From positions 248,001-312,000 of the forward strand of contig JAVECO010000003.1 of NCBI GenBank assembly GCA_051942205.1: 64,000 bases of DNA, written 5' to 3'. Shown here one piece after another: positions 49,359-61,392 of the stretch. The DNA comes from Coniocarpon cinnabarinum (Eukaryota). Position 1 is the first letter of the stretch. The number at the start of each line of letters is the position of its first letter. The notes under the pieces were generated by a model. That model was not told where the DNA came from and made no database searches. It saw nothing but the letters and a program-made list of their open reading frames with translations. Both the position numbers and the translations under genes were made by a program.

Positions 49359-50376
49359 GACCACGACTGATTGTCACGGCAGGCCGTCGAGGCCACGCGT
49401 AAATGGGAGTTGCTCCACTTGAACTAATTTGCAAGCCCGACGGCGGAGGGCTTGGGTGTCGACTGTGCTCAAGAGGCTTTTGGCGGAAGGTTCAATCGGC
49501 CTTAGTCGGCAAAGATTTCTGTAAGGACGGACCACGTGGTAAGACTTCTAGTTTGCACGGAAGCTCAATCAACCCCAGCGCTGTCCAACGGATCGTAGAC
49601 TCAAAGCCCCTTCACGCAAGAACTATCCACATGGAACGCTGAAGACCGAGATAGGCCAGTGACTTGATGCCTGGCCGTTGACAAGGCAGGTAGGTAGTTG
49701 ACGGAGCACGAGGGTCGCTGGTATTAAAAAGTCGTAGTGTTAGAGGAAAGTGCAGGTTTCCTCCAACGCAAATAAAGTCAGAGATGATGAAGGCAAGCAG
49801 TCGGAGAGAAGAGTGTGTGCCGGCGCAAAAAGCTCTGAAAGGGAACGACAGGAATTATGTAGTTGATGAAACTTCGAAATACTTTGGCAGGCAATCGCGC
49901 GTGAAACCTAACGATCAGCGCAGCTTATGACTTAACGAGGTCATGCGAAGCGATTGTGGGAGCACATCCGTCGGTCATCAGGGCGTACCTCATGTCAGAA
50001 TATTAGATACTGGCTACTCTTGGCGTCTGCGGCAGGGTAACCTTCCCGTCTACCGACAGTGCCGGGTGCTTCGCATGACGTTGTCTACGAATAAGCCAGA
50101 ATCAGGCCGCGTCTTGAATTGAAGTCAAGTGCTTTCAGGACACCAAGTGAATCATACTCGGACGCCGTCAATACGAAAAGAGATGAGAAGATAGCTAGAC
50201 TGCTGCATGGCTACTCGTGCAACTCATCCGCGTCCTGACATTCCAGCAATAATTAACGATGCTATGCACAACAGGGAAAGTCATATCTGTACATTATCAC
50301 AATAGACGATCATAAAAGGGTATAAATTCCTTCCCCAACACCTCGCTCGAACGACTGCTCGCAAAAAGCATTGTTC

Positions 50377-52134
50377 TCACCGACGGCTGAACACGAAGAA
50401 CGTGACGACAGGAGGCAGAACACACAGCCAGAAACGGTCTGCAGTCGTCTTTTCAGCAGCCGAGCTGGCAGGCGGAGCTGCAGTCGAGCCGCCTTGGCTG
50501 CTGCTCTGTGAGGCAGAAGTGGCTCCATTGCCCGCTGACGAAGTGGCAGTCGTGGCACGAGTACTTTGCTGAGACTCATTCGCTGATGAGCTGGTTGACA
50601 AAGTGGTAGCCGTGGTAGCCGTGGTAGCTGTGGTCGATGTCTGCGTCGCCTCCACTGATACCGACTGACTGCTTTCACTCGTGGTTGAGAGAGGTGCTCC
50701 CAGTGTTGATTGGGGGCTTTCTGCGGAGGTGGACGTCGCAGATTCAGATGTGAGACCTGTATTAGTCTCTGAAGTAGACGGCGGTGCCTGTGTCACGGTC
50801 TGCGAGGTGAATTCCGAAGACTCTGTGGTACTACTTAGACCTGCAGGCAGGACTGTGTTGCTAGCAGCTGTAGACGACGTTGCTTGTGTCGTAGTTTCCG
50901 ATGCGGATCCTGAATTTTGTGTTGTACTACCGGGATTAGTAGGCAGGAGAGTGTTACTAGCAGCTGCAGACATCGATGGAGAAGACGCTATTGATTCTGG
51001 CATTTCACTTGTCGACTGGGCTTCACTGGCCGTGTTACTGCTGCTTGATGCAGCAGCAATTGAGCTCGTGTCCGAAGGTGGTGGAGATGGGGGTAGGACT
51101 GGATATGTCATGGTGGGATTCGCTCCGGAAGCTGTTGCGATGGCGCTGTTGAGCACAGTGTAGGCGTTGCCGGCCGCGGAGGCGCTGTCACTGGCGGCTT
51201 GCGCAGCACTACTCGCCATAGCGCTGGCGGCAGATGCAGCTACGATGTCTACGGAGCTGGCAGCTGACAGCACAGACACTGCATTCAAAGATGCCGACTG
51301 GACCATTGCAGGAGGAGGCACAGCTGCAGCTGCGTTGGTAGAAGAAATCTGACTTGCAAAGGCATGCGTTGCTGTTGTGGGCGCAGTGTTGGTTGCGCCG
51401 GAGGCTGATACAGACTCTGAGGTGGCAATTATAGACGAAAGTACCGAAATTGCGTTCAGACTCGCCGATGTGTCGCCGGTTGTCGCAACATCAGAGCTGA
51501 CTGGCAGATTCTGCGATGAGCTCGGAGCTACATTCGAGTATACTAAGGCGCTTGGAGACTGCGACAGTGATTGCGCGACTGAGTTTGCTGAGGCGGAACT
51601 TAAAACTGAGTGACCTCCGTATGACAACGTTGCGGACGTGAGGTGCGCCGACGTTTCGGCGGCAGAAATGGCCAATTGAGGAGTAGCAATGGAGTTTGGA
51701 CTGTAGGTCTGTGCTGTTGAAGGCTGGGTGGTCGCTCCAACAGAGTTCAGAACCGAATAGGCATTCAGACTTGCGGAAGAGTCACCTTCTATCGCCGATG
51801 CTGTTTCGCTTGTAGCTGATTGAGGAATAGGTGTTGCTGCGACTGAATCTGTGTCGATGGTCGTATATGCGGTCGGGATTGAGTCTGAATGTGGTGATCC
51901 TTGTGACAAGGTGTACGCGGATCCGTCCACTTCGACGACTACTGGTGGACTCCGAATTGCCAAAGCTCCATCATCATATGGCGACGAGTTTCCGGATTGC
52001 TGTCTCCTGATTAGTGGCGCGGGTGCTTCTTGCACAATGTAGTTGGCAATCTTGATGTTGCGCAGCCCTGACGAAGTCTGAACCAAGGATAAGACTGCCG
52101 TCACGAGCGACACGAGGCTGACGTGCGAGGACAT
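50377..52134 (-). CDS. Secreted Ser/Thr/Ala-rich, probably GPI-anchored cell-wall protein (~585 aa)
   Basis: Signal-peptide-like MSSHVSLVSLVTAVLSLVQTSSG, low-complexity S/T/A body, and hydrophobic C-terminal tail (..PASSAAEKTTADRFWLCVLPPVVTFFVFSRR). Confidence 0.8.
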   Translation of the reverse strand: MSSHVSLVSLVTAVLSLVQTSSGLRNIKIANYIVQEAPAPLIRRQQSGNSSPYDDGALAIRSPPVVVEVDGSAYTLSQGSPHSDSIPTAYTTIDTDSVAATPIPQSATSETASAIEGDSSASLNAYSVLNSVGATTQPSTAQTYSPNSIATPQLAISAAETSAHLTSATLSYGGHSVLSSASANSVAQSLSQSPSALVYSNVAPSSSQNLPVSSDVATTGDTSASLNAISVLSSIIATSESVSASGATNTAPTTATHAFASQISSTNAAAAVPPPAMVQSASLNAVSVLSAASSVDIVAASAASAMASSAAQAASDSASAAGNAYTVLNSAIATASGANPTMTYPVLPPSPPPSDTSSIAAASSSSNTASEAQSTSEMPESIASSPSMSAAASNTLLPTNPGSTTQNSGSASETTTQATSSTAASNTVLPAGLSSTTESSEFTSQTVTQAPPSTSETNTGLTSESATSTSAESPQSTLGAPLSTTSESSQSVSVEATQTSTTATTATTATTLSTSSSANESQQSTRATTATSSAGNGATSASQSSSQGGSTAAPPASSAAEKTTADRFWLCVLPPVVTFFVFSRR

Positions 52135-52889
52135 TTTCAACGCAGGGGCGAAAGAGTTGCCTGCAAACCAGGAATGCAACTGCGCTGTGAAGCTGCGCAA
52201 CCTGAAAGGACTTGTTCGCTCAGTGTGGAACCGGTGACAATGGTACGTGGACAACGGCGGAATGGAGGGGCATGGCCAGATGTTATTACATGGCGAGCAG
52301 TACCCGCCATCTTGATCGTGCTCATGGTCAATTTTCTCATGGCGGGTGAAACAGGCTTTCCAATTGCGCTGCCAACCGCATCCCATGTTTGTTGCCTTGT
52401 CGCTGGGAAGGAAATCCAGATGGCGGGCAAGCCACACGTGGTCCGTGCATCCAGCCCAGCCACGCAGCTGCTTTGCGCACGTGCCACTCCCGCCACTCAT
52501 CTACGAGTCTCTCCCTACGAGCAGCTATGCAAGGTCCATGGTACTATTTGAGAAAAATCCAAACACCAAGAGTGCAGAAGCTAGCTGTCGCCGGTGCACG
52601 ATCTGCTTGACTAGCATGGCTGGCATGACTAGTACGAGCATTGCGAAGACTTGCTGCGCGGTAGTTGTCTTTTCGTCATGCGCACTTTCTTTCAAGGTGT
52701 CTAAACCATCTCGTTAGTGATTGAAACTGAGTTCAAAATTAGACTAGGATTGTGATGGTGGAAGTTCGATCAGACAGCAGTTGGACTAAGACATAATCCA
52801 CATAGAAATTCAGAACAGGTCTGTGAAATGTTTGTTTTCATCATCGGAGAGAGAGGCGCTGGAGGATCGTGACTTACTTGACAAAACCG

Positions 52890-53753
52890 TCACCCGAGCC
52901 TCGGCTTCTTGAAGAATGTGTCTATAGAACGTTGGTTTTTGTCGTACTCGGCACTCCCAACGCCTCCTCGTGTCCGCTTCAGCCCGGTGAGATGATCTCT
53001 ATTATTCGCTTGGTTCACACGCAGGTCAAATGCAGGCCCTTCAACATCCACACCTGCACTCGCAGCTCGCCTTGTCAAAGTGAGGTCGAGATAACCAGTG
53101 TTGGACCAGCTTGCAATGTGGTCCAGAGATTGATCGGGGTACGAGCCTGACTTCAGTTCTGGCGCAAGCGATATTGAATTTGCAGGCTGTTGTGCAATGA
53201 GGACTTTCCAAAGCGTCGATAGAAGGATCCCATGAGAGACGACGACAACTACCCGTTTCTCGCGAGTAGCTTGTCCTAAGATAGGTACCAAATGTTGGTC
53301 ATAAAATTCCGTGCATCGTCGCTTCAGAGACTCTTTAGACTCAACGTCTTGAAAGTCTGGTGATTCTTTATGCTTTTGACGTTGATTGTCTTTCCCACTT
53401 TTGCCGGTCGCCGAGCGCACGTGGAACGGCTTGCCTTCAAAGAATCCAAAATCTTGCTCGCGGAGGCAGGCGAGTTGGACGGGTTCGAGTTCGTGAGGTT
53501 GCTCCTGAACAGAGCGAAGGAGATCGGCGGTTTTAACAGCTCGGCTGAGATTGGACGAGAACAAATGAGTGATGCGACAGCCCTGCTTTGCCAGGTACTG
53601 ACCTAATCGTTGAGCTTGTTGAACGCCATGGCTGGTCAATGCGGAGTCGCGCACGCCAGCATAGAGGCCTTTTACATTGTCGACTGTCTCGCCATGACGG
53701 ACGAGCAGCACTGTGCAAGAAGCAGCAGAGTCTTTGGGGCTTGCATCTTCCAT
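52890..53753 (-). CDS. Histidine phosphatase / phosphoglycerate mutase-like protein
   Basis: LLVRHGET, FSSNLSRAVKTA, LREQDFGFFEG, VVVSHG and WSNTGY motifs. Confidence 0.9.
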   Translation of the reverse strand: MEDASPKDSAASCTVLLVRHGETVDNVKGLYAGVRDSALTSHGVQQAQRLGQYLAKQGCRITHLFSSNLSRAVKTADLLRSVQEQPHELEPVQLACLREQDFGFFEGKPFHVRSATGKSGKDNQRQKHKESPDFQDVESKESLKRRCTEFYDQHLVPILGQATREKRVVVVVSHGILLSTLWKVLIAQQPANSISLAPELKSGSYPDQSLDHIASWSNTGYLDLTLTRRAASAGVDVEGPAFDLRVNQANNRDHLTGLKRTRGGVGSAEYDKNQRSIDTFFKKPRLG

Positions 53754-54608
53754 TCGAGGATGCAGAGTGGAGCTGTGTAAGTCGCCGCAGCTCGCGCTCG
53801 AGCTATTCTGAGCAGGGTGCGAGATGTACTTCCATCGCCCGCTGCGACGACGTCATCGAGCAGAATGGCTATCTGGTTTCTATCACGGTACTTCGACTTC
53901 GACGACTCATTCTATGCACGGCGTATGTCTCTCGAGTCCCGAACTTCCCCATTCAAAGTCACTTCTGTACTCTATGGCTTCCCTGGTCATGCATGTGAAT
54001 CTCACACTGATGAGCGATCAGGATGCTTCACAAGATGTTCTCAAAAATCGAGCCCCAGGACAATGCTGGCTCGCACGTGCTGGAAAGTCTGAGAGCAAGA
54101 CGAGGACCGGATTAACTGTCTAGTCGAACTCACTGTGGCGATCACTTTGATGTCGCCTCCGCGCCCAACGCGAGCGCCCATCCGAAGTGAGGCGCAATAT
54201 GTCTAAAAAGGGACACACGTAGCATTGTATCTGTGTCGTCCTCCGGCGAATCCGCAAAGCGAACGCCATCTACTGCAAGGTCACGAACTCAGCAACGTGC
54301 TGAGTGGCCTGCGTGGACTGCCCATGTCAGCAGTCTATCAGCGAAGTCATCGACCAGCCGAAGTGAGCTTTCGACTTTTCACCTTGCGGCTCAAAAGCTC
54401 ATTGCGGACTCGAGGACATTCCAGTACTCTGTGCTTCCGCGCAAATTACCTCCCACTTGCCCCCGCCATCTTGCTCTCCAGTGCCATGTTGACACGACAT
54501 CCGTTCGGCGCCCTCGTGCTTCTCTTCCTACGCCTCTCACATCAATAGCCCCGGCCTCACGTGCCCATCTTCCCATTCTGTCCCCAAAGGCTTGGCAAGT
54601 GCTTCCCT

Positions 54609-57422
54609 ATGGATGATCCCTTTGATGCGCGAGGGGCCCCAGCGCTGGCTCCATCTGCCAATGGACATTCACCTTCTAATTCCGTTCTCCCGGATCTTGA
54701 TTTCTCAGATTTTAACATTGACCCCAACATAGATCTTGGCCCTGATCTTGCTAATCTCCTCAGCTTGAACAACGAAAACTTTGATTTCAACTCACAGGCT
54801 CAATCTTTCGACCTCGTCAATGCCGATGTCCAACATGAAGCGTTCAACACAATGTTCAATGGCGGTGACAACGCCCAAGAAACGCAGGCTCAAGTGGCGG
54901 AGCCCCTAGCATGCGAATCGGCAGATCTCGCACGAGGACCTGAACCTGGAGAACGGCCGGAGGAGGCACCAGATGAGGAGCAACACGGCTTTAGCGTACT
55001 GCCTCAACCCGCTGCAGACCATTCAAGGTCCTCAAAGAATGATCAAAACGTAGTATCTAATCTTCTCTCGTCATACCGTGGTGTTGAAGATCAACGAACA
55101 AGCGATGTGAAGATTAATGGCACGACTGCAGAAGCAGATTGTCGCCGCGCTGATGCTGCCGCGAGTAACACGACCGTAACATCTGAAGATTTGATGAATG
55201 CGCCTTGCAGCATCACACAAGAACGTGAACAAAGTCTTCAACAGGAGAGTGAAGGAGACGGAGAGGTCCGGGAGGACGAAGAAGTGTTGCAAGATGCAGT
55301 TGAAGAGGAAGAAGGGGGAGCACAGGATGTGCTGCGGTGTGAGCAAGAAGCCGGTGCAGTCAGCGACGCTTTCGACGAACAGATCTCGCCCCATGCTTCT
55401 CCGCCACCCCTACAACCAACAATGTATGAAGAAGCGCGGTGGGTCTTTCGAAAGACGGCTAGAGATAACCTGCCACATGTTTCTACTTGGATAGATAAAG
55501 ACGATACTGGAGATTACGATCCAATGGCGAAAGTAGAAGCCCGTCCCTTAAAGCGACGACGTCTGGACCAGCCTTTGCAGCGCGAGCCCCGGGATACAAC
55601 ACACGCAAAGTCTCGCTCTGCGTATATGCGTCGTATGGCGGGTGATCGCTACTGTGTAACGCTGACTTTTAGATCACTAGCCGGTATCGATCTTCTACGG
55701 AGCGGCACGGATAACTGGCCTGATGACATCAACGTGAACACTCTCGACGATTCAGCGTACGCTGCCGAAGGAAGCTCTGACGAAGTCGATGCCAATGCTA
55801 GCTACAACCTCCGTCGACGTGGTCTGGTGGCAACATCTAATGATTTTGTCGGCAAGCCTGAAGGGCGAGGATGCCATTATTGCCTTGCTATCGGCGAGTG
55901 GTGCTCCATGCGCGACGACGATGGTGCCTACCCATGTGATAACTGCTTGAATGAAGGCGAAGACTGCGAACCGCTCGTCACACCCTTGCGCAAACAAGCT
56001 TGTGAGATCTGCCGTAACGCTGGGCATGCTTGCTCCTACTCTTATGAGGGCAGTGACCACGCGAGAGCGTGCGAATATTGCACCAACAATGGCTTCAAAT
56101 GTATCGCCGGACCGGCACCTGACCCAACAAGAGCGCGTTATGATAGCCAGGGAAATCCAGCGACACCGGTCGAACGCGACTCTCGCTCTCGTTACCGTGT
56201 AGGCAAGTTCAGGTCCTGTACGGCATGTCGTGCTTCCCACAAGTTTTGCCCTCTTCTGAGGTCTAAGGCGGAACCGCCATGTCCTCCTTGCAAACGCGGG
56301 AAAGTTCCCTGTACCTTTGAATCCGTGAAGCGGACACCGAAACCACAAGAATCCAACGAGGCTCCGGCTCAGCTTGCTTCAAAGCCAAAGGCTCAGCCCG
56401 CAACAGAATCATCACCATCTGATACGCCACCGAAGTCGCCCAATTCCTCCTCACGCGTCCTGCCACCAGTCACGCATCAACTGTCGGGTCAGATCTCTTC
56501 ACTAACAACCGCATTGTCCCACCCAATCACCTTCAATTCCCATCCAAATCTCGAATGCCATTGGTGCTCGGGACGCACGCCCACGCTTCCGCTCTTCGGC
56601 CTTGCCGATCGCACCACCAAGAGGCCTGGACGCCGCACGGTAAAAGTACTCCTCTGGGCAAATCGCTTAGCATGCAAGGAGCTTAAAGGCGGCTACACGG
56701 AACAAGGCTACGATCCCTGCCGCATGTGCGCGTATTGCACATTTCTCCGCGTCCGCGTCATGTTTTGTAAAGAGCACAGTTTCCGACAGATCCCATGGGT
56801 ATCTGATCCCAGTCCCGAGGAGGCGCAATTGGCCCTCGAAGCGCGCGAGCGCGGTAGGGGACGTCGACCACATGCTGCAATCAACCGGCTTGTTGCCGTA
56901 GGCAAAGAGGCACGGCTCCTTGAGGATAAAAAGCAAGCGGGACAGCTCCTTCGCAACGAGCTGAAAAGGTGGTGTGCTGTCTGCCCCGCCGTCGCCATCG
57001 TCGAATGTTGCGCCGGTGATAAGATGGAATGCAGTCTTCGCCTGTGCAGTATCTGCTACCGTCTTGTGGCCGCGGAATCTACGAACAAGGGCGACTTCGT
57101 CAAATTTGTTTCTGAGATTGGGGAGAAGCATAAGCAGGAACGCGTGAAGAAGCAGTATCCGATGGGATTGCGAGCAGACTACGAGTTCTACGCTTGGGGC
57201 GGATTCATGATGAGGCAAGTGAGGCACGCGGAAATGGAGAGACTGAAACGGGAGGCGAGTTTGACGAAGAAGAAGGTGGACGACGGGAAGGGTAGTAAGG
57301 GTAAGGAAGATGGGAAGGGTGGGGAGGAGGAGGAGAAGAAGAAGAAGAAGAGGAAGAAGCGGCGAGCGCCGAAAACAGACAAGGTGGTGAATGAGAATGG
57401 CAAGCGACCGCAGACAGCCTGA
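54609..57422 (+). CDS. Protein with three tandem Zn2Cys6-like clusters and a Cys-rich C-terminal region (~937 aa)
   Basis: CHYC..CSM..PCDNC..C, CEIC..CSY..ACEYC..C and CTAC..CPL..PCPPC..C; acidic N-terminus; Lys-rich NLS-like tail KKKKKRKKRR. Confidence 0.8.
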   Translation: MDDPFDARGAPALAPSANGHSPSNSVLPDLDFSDFNIDPNIDLGPDLANLLSLNNENFDFNSQAQSFDLVNADVQHEAFNTMFNGGDNAQETQAQVAEPLACESADLARGPEPGERPEEAPDEEQHGFSVLPQPAADHSRSSKNDQNVVSNLLSSYRGVEDQRTSDVKINGTTAEADCRRADAAASNTTVTSEDLMNAPCSITQEREQSLQQESEGDGEVREDEEVLQDAVEEEEGGAQDVLRCEQEAGAVSDAFDEQISPHASPPPLQPTMYEEARWVFRKTARDNLPHVSTWIDKDDTGDYDPMAKVEARPLKRRRLDQPLQREPRDTTHAKSRSAYMRRMAGDRYCVTLTFRSLAGIDLLRSGTDNWPDDINVNTLDDSAYAAEGSSDEVDANASYNLRRRGLVATSNDFVGKPEGRGCHYCLAIGEWCSMRDDDGAYPCDNCLNEGEDCEPLVTPLRKQACEICRNAGHACSYSYEGSDHARACEYCTNNGFKCIAGPAPDPTRARYDSQGNPATPVERDSRSRYRVGKFRSCTACRASHKFCPLLRSKAEPPCPPCKRGKVPCTFESVKRTPKPQESNEAPAQLASKPKAQPATESSPSDTPPKSPNSSSRVLPPVTHQLSGQISSLTTALSHPITFNSHPNLECHWCSGRTPTLPLFGLADRTTKRPGRRTVKVLLWANRLACKELKGGYTEQGYDPCRMCAYCTFLRVRVMFCKEHSFRQIPWVSDPSPEEAQLALEARERGRGRRPHAAINRLVAVGKEARLLEDKKQAGQLLRNELKRWCAVCPAVAIVECCAGDKMECSLRLCSICYRLVAAESTNKGDFVKFVSEIGEKHKQERVKKQYPMGLRADYEFYAWGGFMMRQVRHAEMERLKREASLTKKKVDDGKGSKGKEDGKGGEEEEKKKKKRKKRRAPKTDKVVNENGKRPQTA

Positions 57423-57743
57423 TGATCAGGAGCGGATCTGGACGTTGCAATCTGAAAGCAGACGAGGAGCGACGCCGCTGAATACTTCAGTTTGCTTTTC
57501 GGTACCAATCAGACTTCCGCCATATTTTGTACGGACAACGCAGACTAGACACACATGTACTTCAGATCCTCCAGCAATGACGCTCAACCGAACCAATATG
57601 CTGATCAAAGAACGTTGCGCTTGCTAGTGACCAGGGAGCGCAGGCTCACTCAGACTGTGGTCCTCCTGCTTGAAGGAGATCCGAAAAAGCACTTGTTGTA
57701 TTAGGCACGTTGATCTGACAGTTCGGTTGCCGCGGGAAACTTT

Positions 57744-57768
57744 TTCATTCATTCATTCATTCATTCAT
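57744..57768. repeat. (TTCA)6 microsatellite
   Basis: Six perfect TTCA units. Confidence 0.9.
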
Positions 57769-58622
57769 ACAACTAACTCAAAGCTAGCTGACAGTGAACA
57801 AGGCGGAAGGTCCTAGATGTGACTGTTCTTCCTCTTCTGACTTTCGTGAACGCGCCTCTTCTAATGTATTTTCAACGAGGTGTGCTGCACTTGGGCAACA
57901 ATAAAGTCGGACTTGGTGATTGACTGCTTGGCTGCTTGGCTTGCATTCTCAAAAAGTACGACGTCACTGTCGGATGTGTCGCTGTGAGTGGCTGACAGAC
58001 GCGACAGTCGCGATCTGTAACGCCGCTATGTTTCCGCGTCATGAAGGTAACGCGGACAACCACCAGAAGCAGACTAGATCACTGACGCCGTGATGCGACG
58101 ATTGCTGCCCAAGCGGGCTCGGGAGCGGCAATCTGGCAAATAAATGCCACTAAGAGAACTCCACATGGACGTCGAGAATAAGTGAAAAACGTAGGTAAGA
58201 GAAAACAAGATGAAGTTAGAAGCCGGAGCATTTTCGAAGGCGCATCGCAGGCGCTAAGTCAGGAACTTGGCTAGAACAGGACTAGCGCCTGGGGAAAACC
58301 GGTCCGTCCAGTCTGTGACATTGGGAAAGAAGAAAGCGTTTCACGCTCTTTCCTCGGCCTTGCCCCGAAATGCCAGACACCCGTTGCCGACGCACCATTA
58401 CGGACCTCAGAACCTGCATGCTACAGCGCTGATTTGCATACAAAAGATCCTTGTGACCAAAAGGACGGCCCAGGCGTCGGCGAGCTCCATCTGACGCCCA
58501 ACAAAAAGCAACTTCCCCGGACGCCAAGACGGCTGCTCACGCGCTAGTAATCGCCAACTTTTCAACTCTGCAATGGCCCTGTGGGTTTCCAAATCGTCGT
58601 CGGTAGAATTCTAGTGGGGAGC

Positions 58623-61392
58623 ATGAAGTTCGCCAAGCAGCTTCAGCATGACCGCGTTCCGGAATGGATCGACCACTATCTCAACTATAAGCTCGGGAAG
58701 AAGAAGATCAAGCAGTATGAAGCGGCTAAGAGGCGCGGCGCGTCCTACCCTTCTCGTGACGTGGATGAGTTCTTTCAATCGGAGCTGCTCAAGGTCGAGC
58801 GATTTTACAAACAGAAGGAAGAGGGCGCCATCGAACGTATGCTGGAGCTCAAATCTCAATTCAACATTTACCAGGAGCAGCTCTTCCTTCGCGGATCGAT
58901 AGTGCAGAATCATGATGCATTGCAAGACTACACGCGTCCCAAAGTCCATCGCAGGTGAGCTTGACTTTTCCTTCTTCGAAACCGGCTGAGAGGCGACCGC
59001 TGGATGCTGGCCTCTACCCAAGGCTCGACCACGGCGCGCGAACCGACTTCGCTGAACTGCCACGCGAAACAATAGTTGCGGAGTAATTGCCACGAAAATG
59101 GCACATCACCCACGGATTGTTAATGAGGCTATCTGCATTTGAACGCATGCAGGCATGAGATATATTGAGGGTCTTTATATCATCCGAGGGGCTTCTCACA
59201 ATTCCTTAAAAATCTTATCTGCTGCATTGGTCTGAAGAGAAATGCAGGCCGATATCAGTCATTGGGGGCTTTATACTGTACTAGAAAGCAGTAGCTAACA
59301 AGTCCTCCTGTAGGCAAGCACGAAAACAGCTGAAACAGGTAAGCGTCCTGTCATGGACCCCGAGTTGCCCGGGCCAAGCGCGACAGATTGAGAGGTCTGT
59401 TCAAAGCTGACATCTCAATAGGCCCTTATAGAGTTTTATCGTGGTCTTGAGTTGCTCCAGTCATACGCAGCGATGAATATCACAGCTTTCCGGAAGCTCA
59501 ACAAGAAGTTCGACAAGGCATATCAACGAGACAATCGACCGTTGCTCCGTTACTATAGCGATAATGTCCAACATGCATACTTCTATCAAAGTCGTGCGCT
59601 TGAGACGATCGTCGTCGAAGTCGAAGAGCTCTATGCCAAACACTATGAGCAGGGCAACCAAAAAGCTGCTGTGGATGAGCTCAAGGCCAAAAGCTCCCCT
59701 GACTGGATGGCCTTGTCATGGGCCATGTTTGCGAATGGCATGTTCGCAGGCTTTGGCACTGCTCTTGGGATCATCGGCCTAGTCGATGCTGGAGTAGAGC
59801 TTCAAGAAGAACCGGCATTGAATCCTCACAACAGCTTCCTGCTCCAAATATATGGAGGCTATTTCCTCATGGTCCTTCTTATGATATTTTTCTGTCTCAG
59901 CTGCGTCGTCTTTGATAAGGCAAGGATCAATTATCAGTTCATCTTTAACCTCAATCCGTATCAGAGCTTGGACTGGAGGGAGATGCTCGTCGTACGTGGG
60001 AAAGATCGAGGATCGAAGGGCCGCGAGCTGACATGTCCAAACAGCTCCCTCTTCTCTTCTACTTCTTTGTCGGATTTTGCATGTGGATGAGCTTCTCTTT
60101 CGAAACCGAGAACTTCAAGTTTCGTATCTACTGGCCTGTCATACTCATCGCCACCACCCTTGCCATCTTGATACTGCCAGCGCCGACGCTCTACGCAAGA
60201 AGTCGAAAATGGTTTCTCAAGCATGTCGGTCGGCTGGTCGTCTCTCCACTCTCGCCTGTCACCTTTCCTGACTTTTTCGTCGGTGACATGTTCTGTTCTT
60301 TGTCTTACAGCATGAGCGTGAGTCTCTGCAATGGGCAGAGCAACACAGGCCATGGCTAAATTGATACGCAGAACATTGAAATCTTCTTTTGCCTGTATGC
60401 TCATAATTGGGAAGATGTGCAGCAGTGCAACTCGAACCATTCAAGACTCCTTGGGTATGTCTGAGGTCATGGTTAAACTAATTTGCACAAAGCTGAGGTG
60501 CTTTATGTATCTCCTCTTGCTGAGACGGCTCTACTAGATTCTTCACCGCTCTTCCTGCGATATGGCGAGCTTTGCAGTGCCTAAGGCGCTTTTATAACTC
60601 CCACGCGCCATTTCCTCATCTGGCCAACCTCGGAAAATACACAGCTACTTCGGTCTCCTACTTGTGCTTATCAGTGTATCGGATCGATCGAACACGAGCT
60701 AGTGAAATTGTTTTCATTGCATTCGCCTGCATCAACAGCCTATACACCATTTTCTGGGACATTCAAATAGACTGGAGTCTTGCAGAAACGCAACACAATT
60801 TCTTGAGAAGAGATCTCGCATTTGCTAAGCACAACTGGGTAAAAACAGCCAAACAGCTGCCTCCCGCTTCATTTGGACTAGACAATATGCTAACATGGCG
60901 CAGGTCTATTACCTAGCAATGGCTTGGGATGTCCTAGTGCGCTTCAACTGGATCGCATACGTCGCCATCAATGCGTATCCCCAGCACTCTTCACTTGCAT
61001 CGTTTCTAGTGGCTTTTACAGAGGTCACTAGAAGAGGCGTCTGGAGCATTTTTCGGGTGGAGAATGAGCACTGGGGGAATGTGCGCTCTAAGCACGCGTA
61101 TAGAGATCCTCCATTGCCGTACAAGATCGCCGACACTGCGGCCCGGGAGACTGCAGCCACGTCCGGCGTCGACTTGGAGAGGACGGGCAGTAAGCCCGGC
61201 GTGCCTATGAACGGACTGAGGAGGAGAAAGAGCAGCAGCCACGGTAATACCGCAGGCAGGCTGTCGCGACTGGACAGTAACATGAGTGTACTCAACGACG
61301 CTCATATGCAGGACTATACCCGAGGCCCGGATGGCTCAGGCTCAGATAGGAGCACAGATGATGAGGAGGAGCCGGACGAGGAAGAAAGATGA
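58623..61392 (+). CDS. SYG1: SPX-EXS domain membrane protein (SYG1/XPR1/PHO1 family, ~690 aa)
   Basis: Exons 58623-58954, 59314-59338, 59422-59991, 60045-60317, 60372-60454, 60538-60838 and 60904-61392 splice in frame (2073 nt). MKFAK..VPEW..YLNYK.GKKKIK, EFYRGLELLQSY..N.TAFRKLNKKFDK, DFFVGDMFCSL, QCLRR, FRVENEH. Confidence 0.92.

Noticed and set aside
52135..52500. 122-codon in-frame extension upstream of the wall-protein gene
   Set aside because: It would bury the signal peptide and has non-coding-like composition. ATG 52134 fits better.
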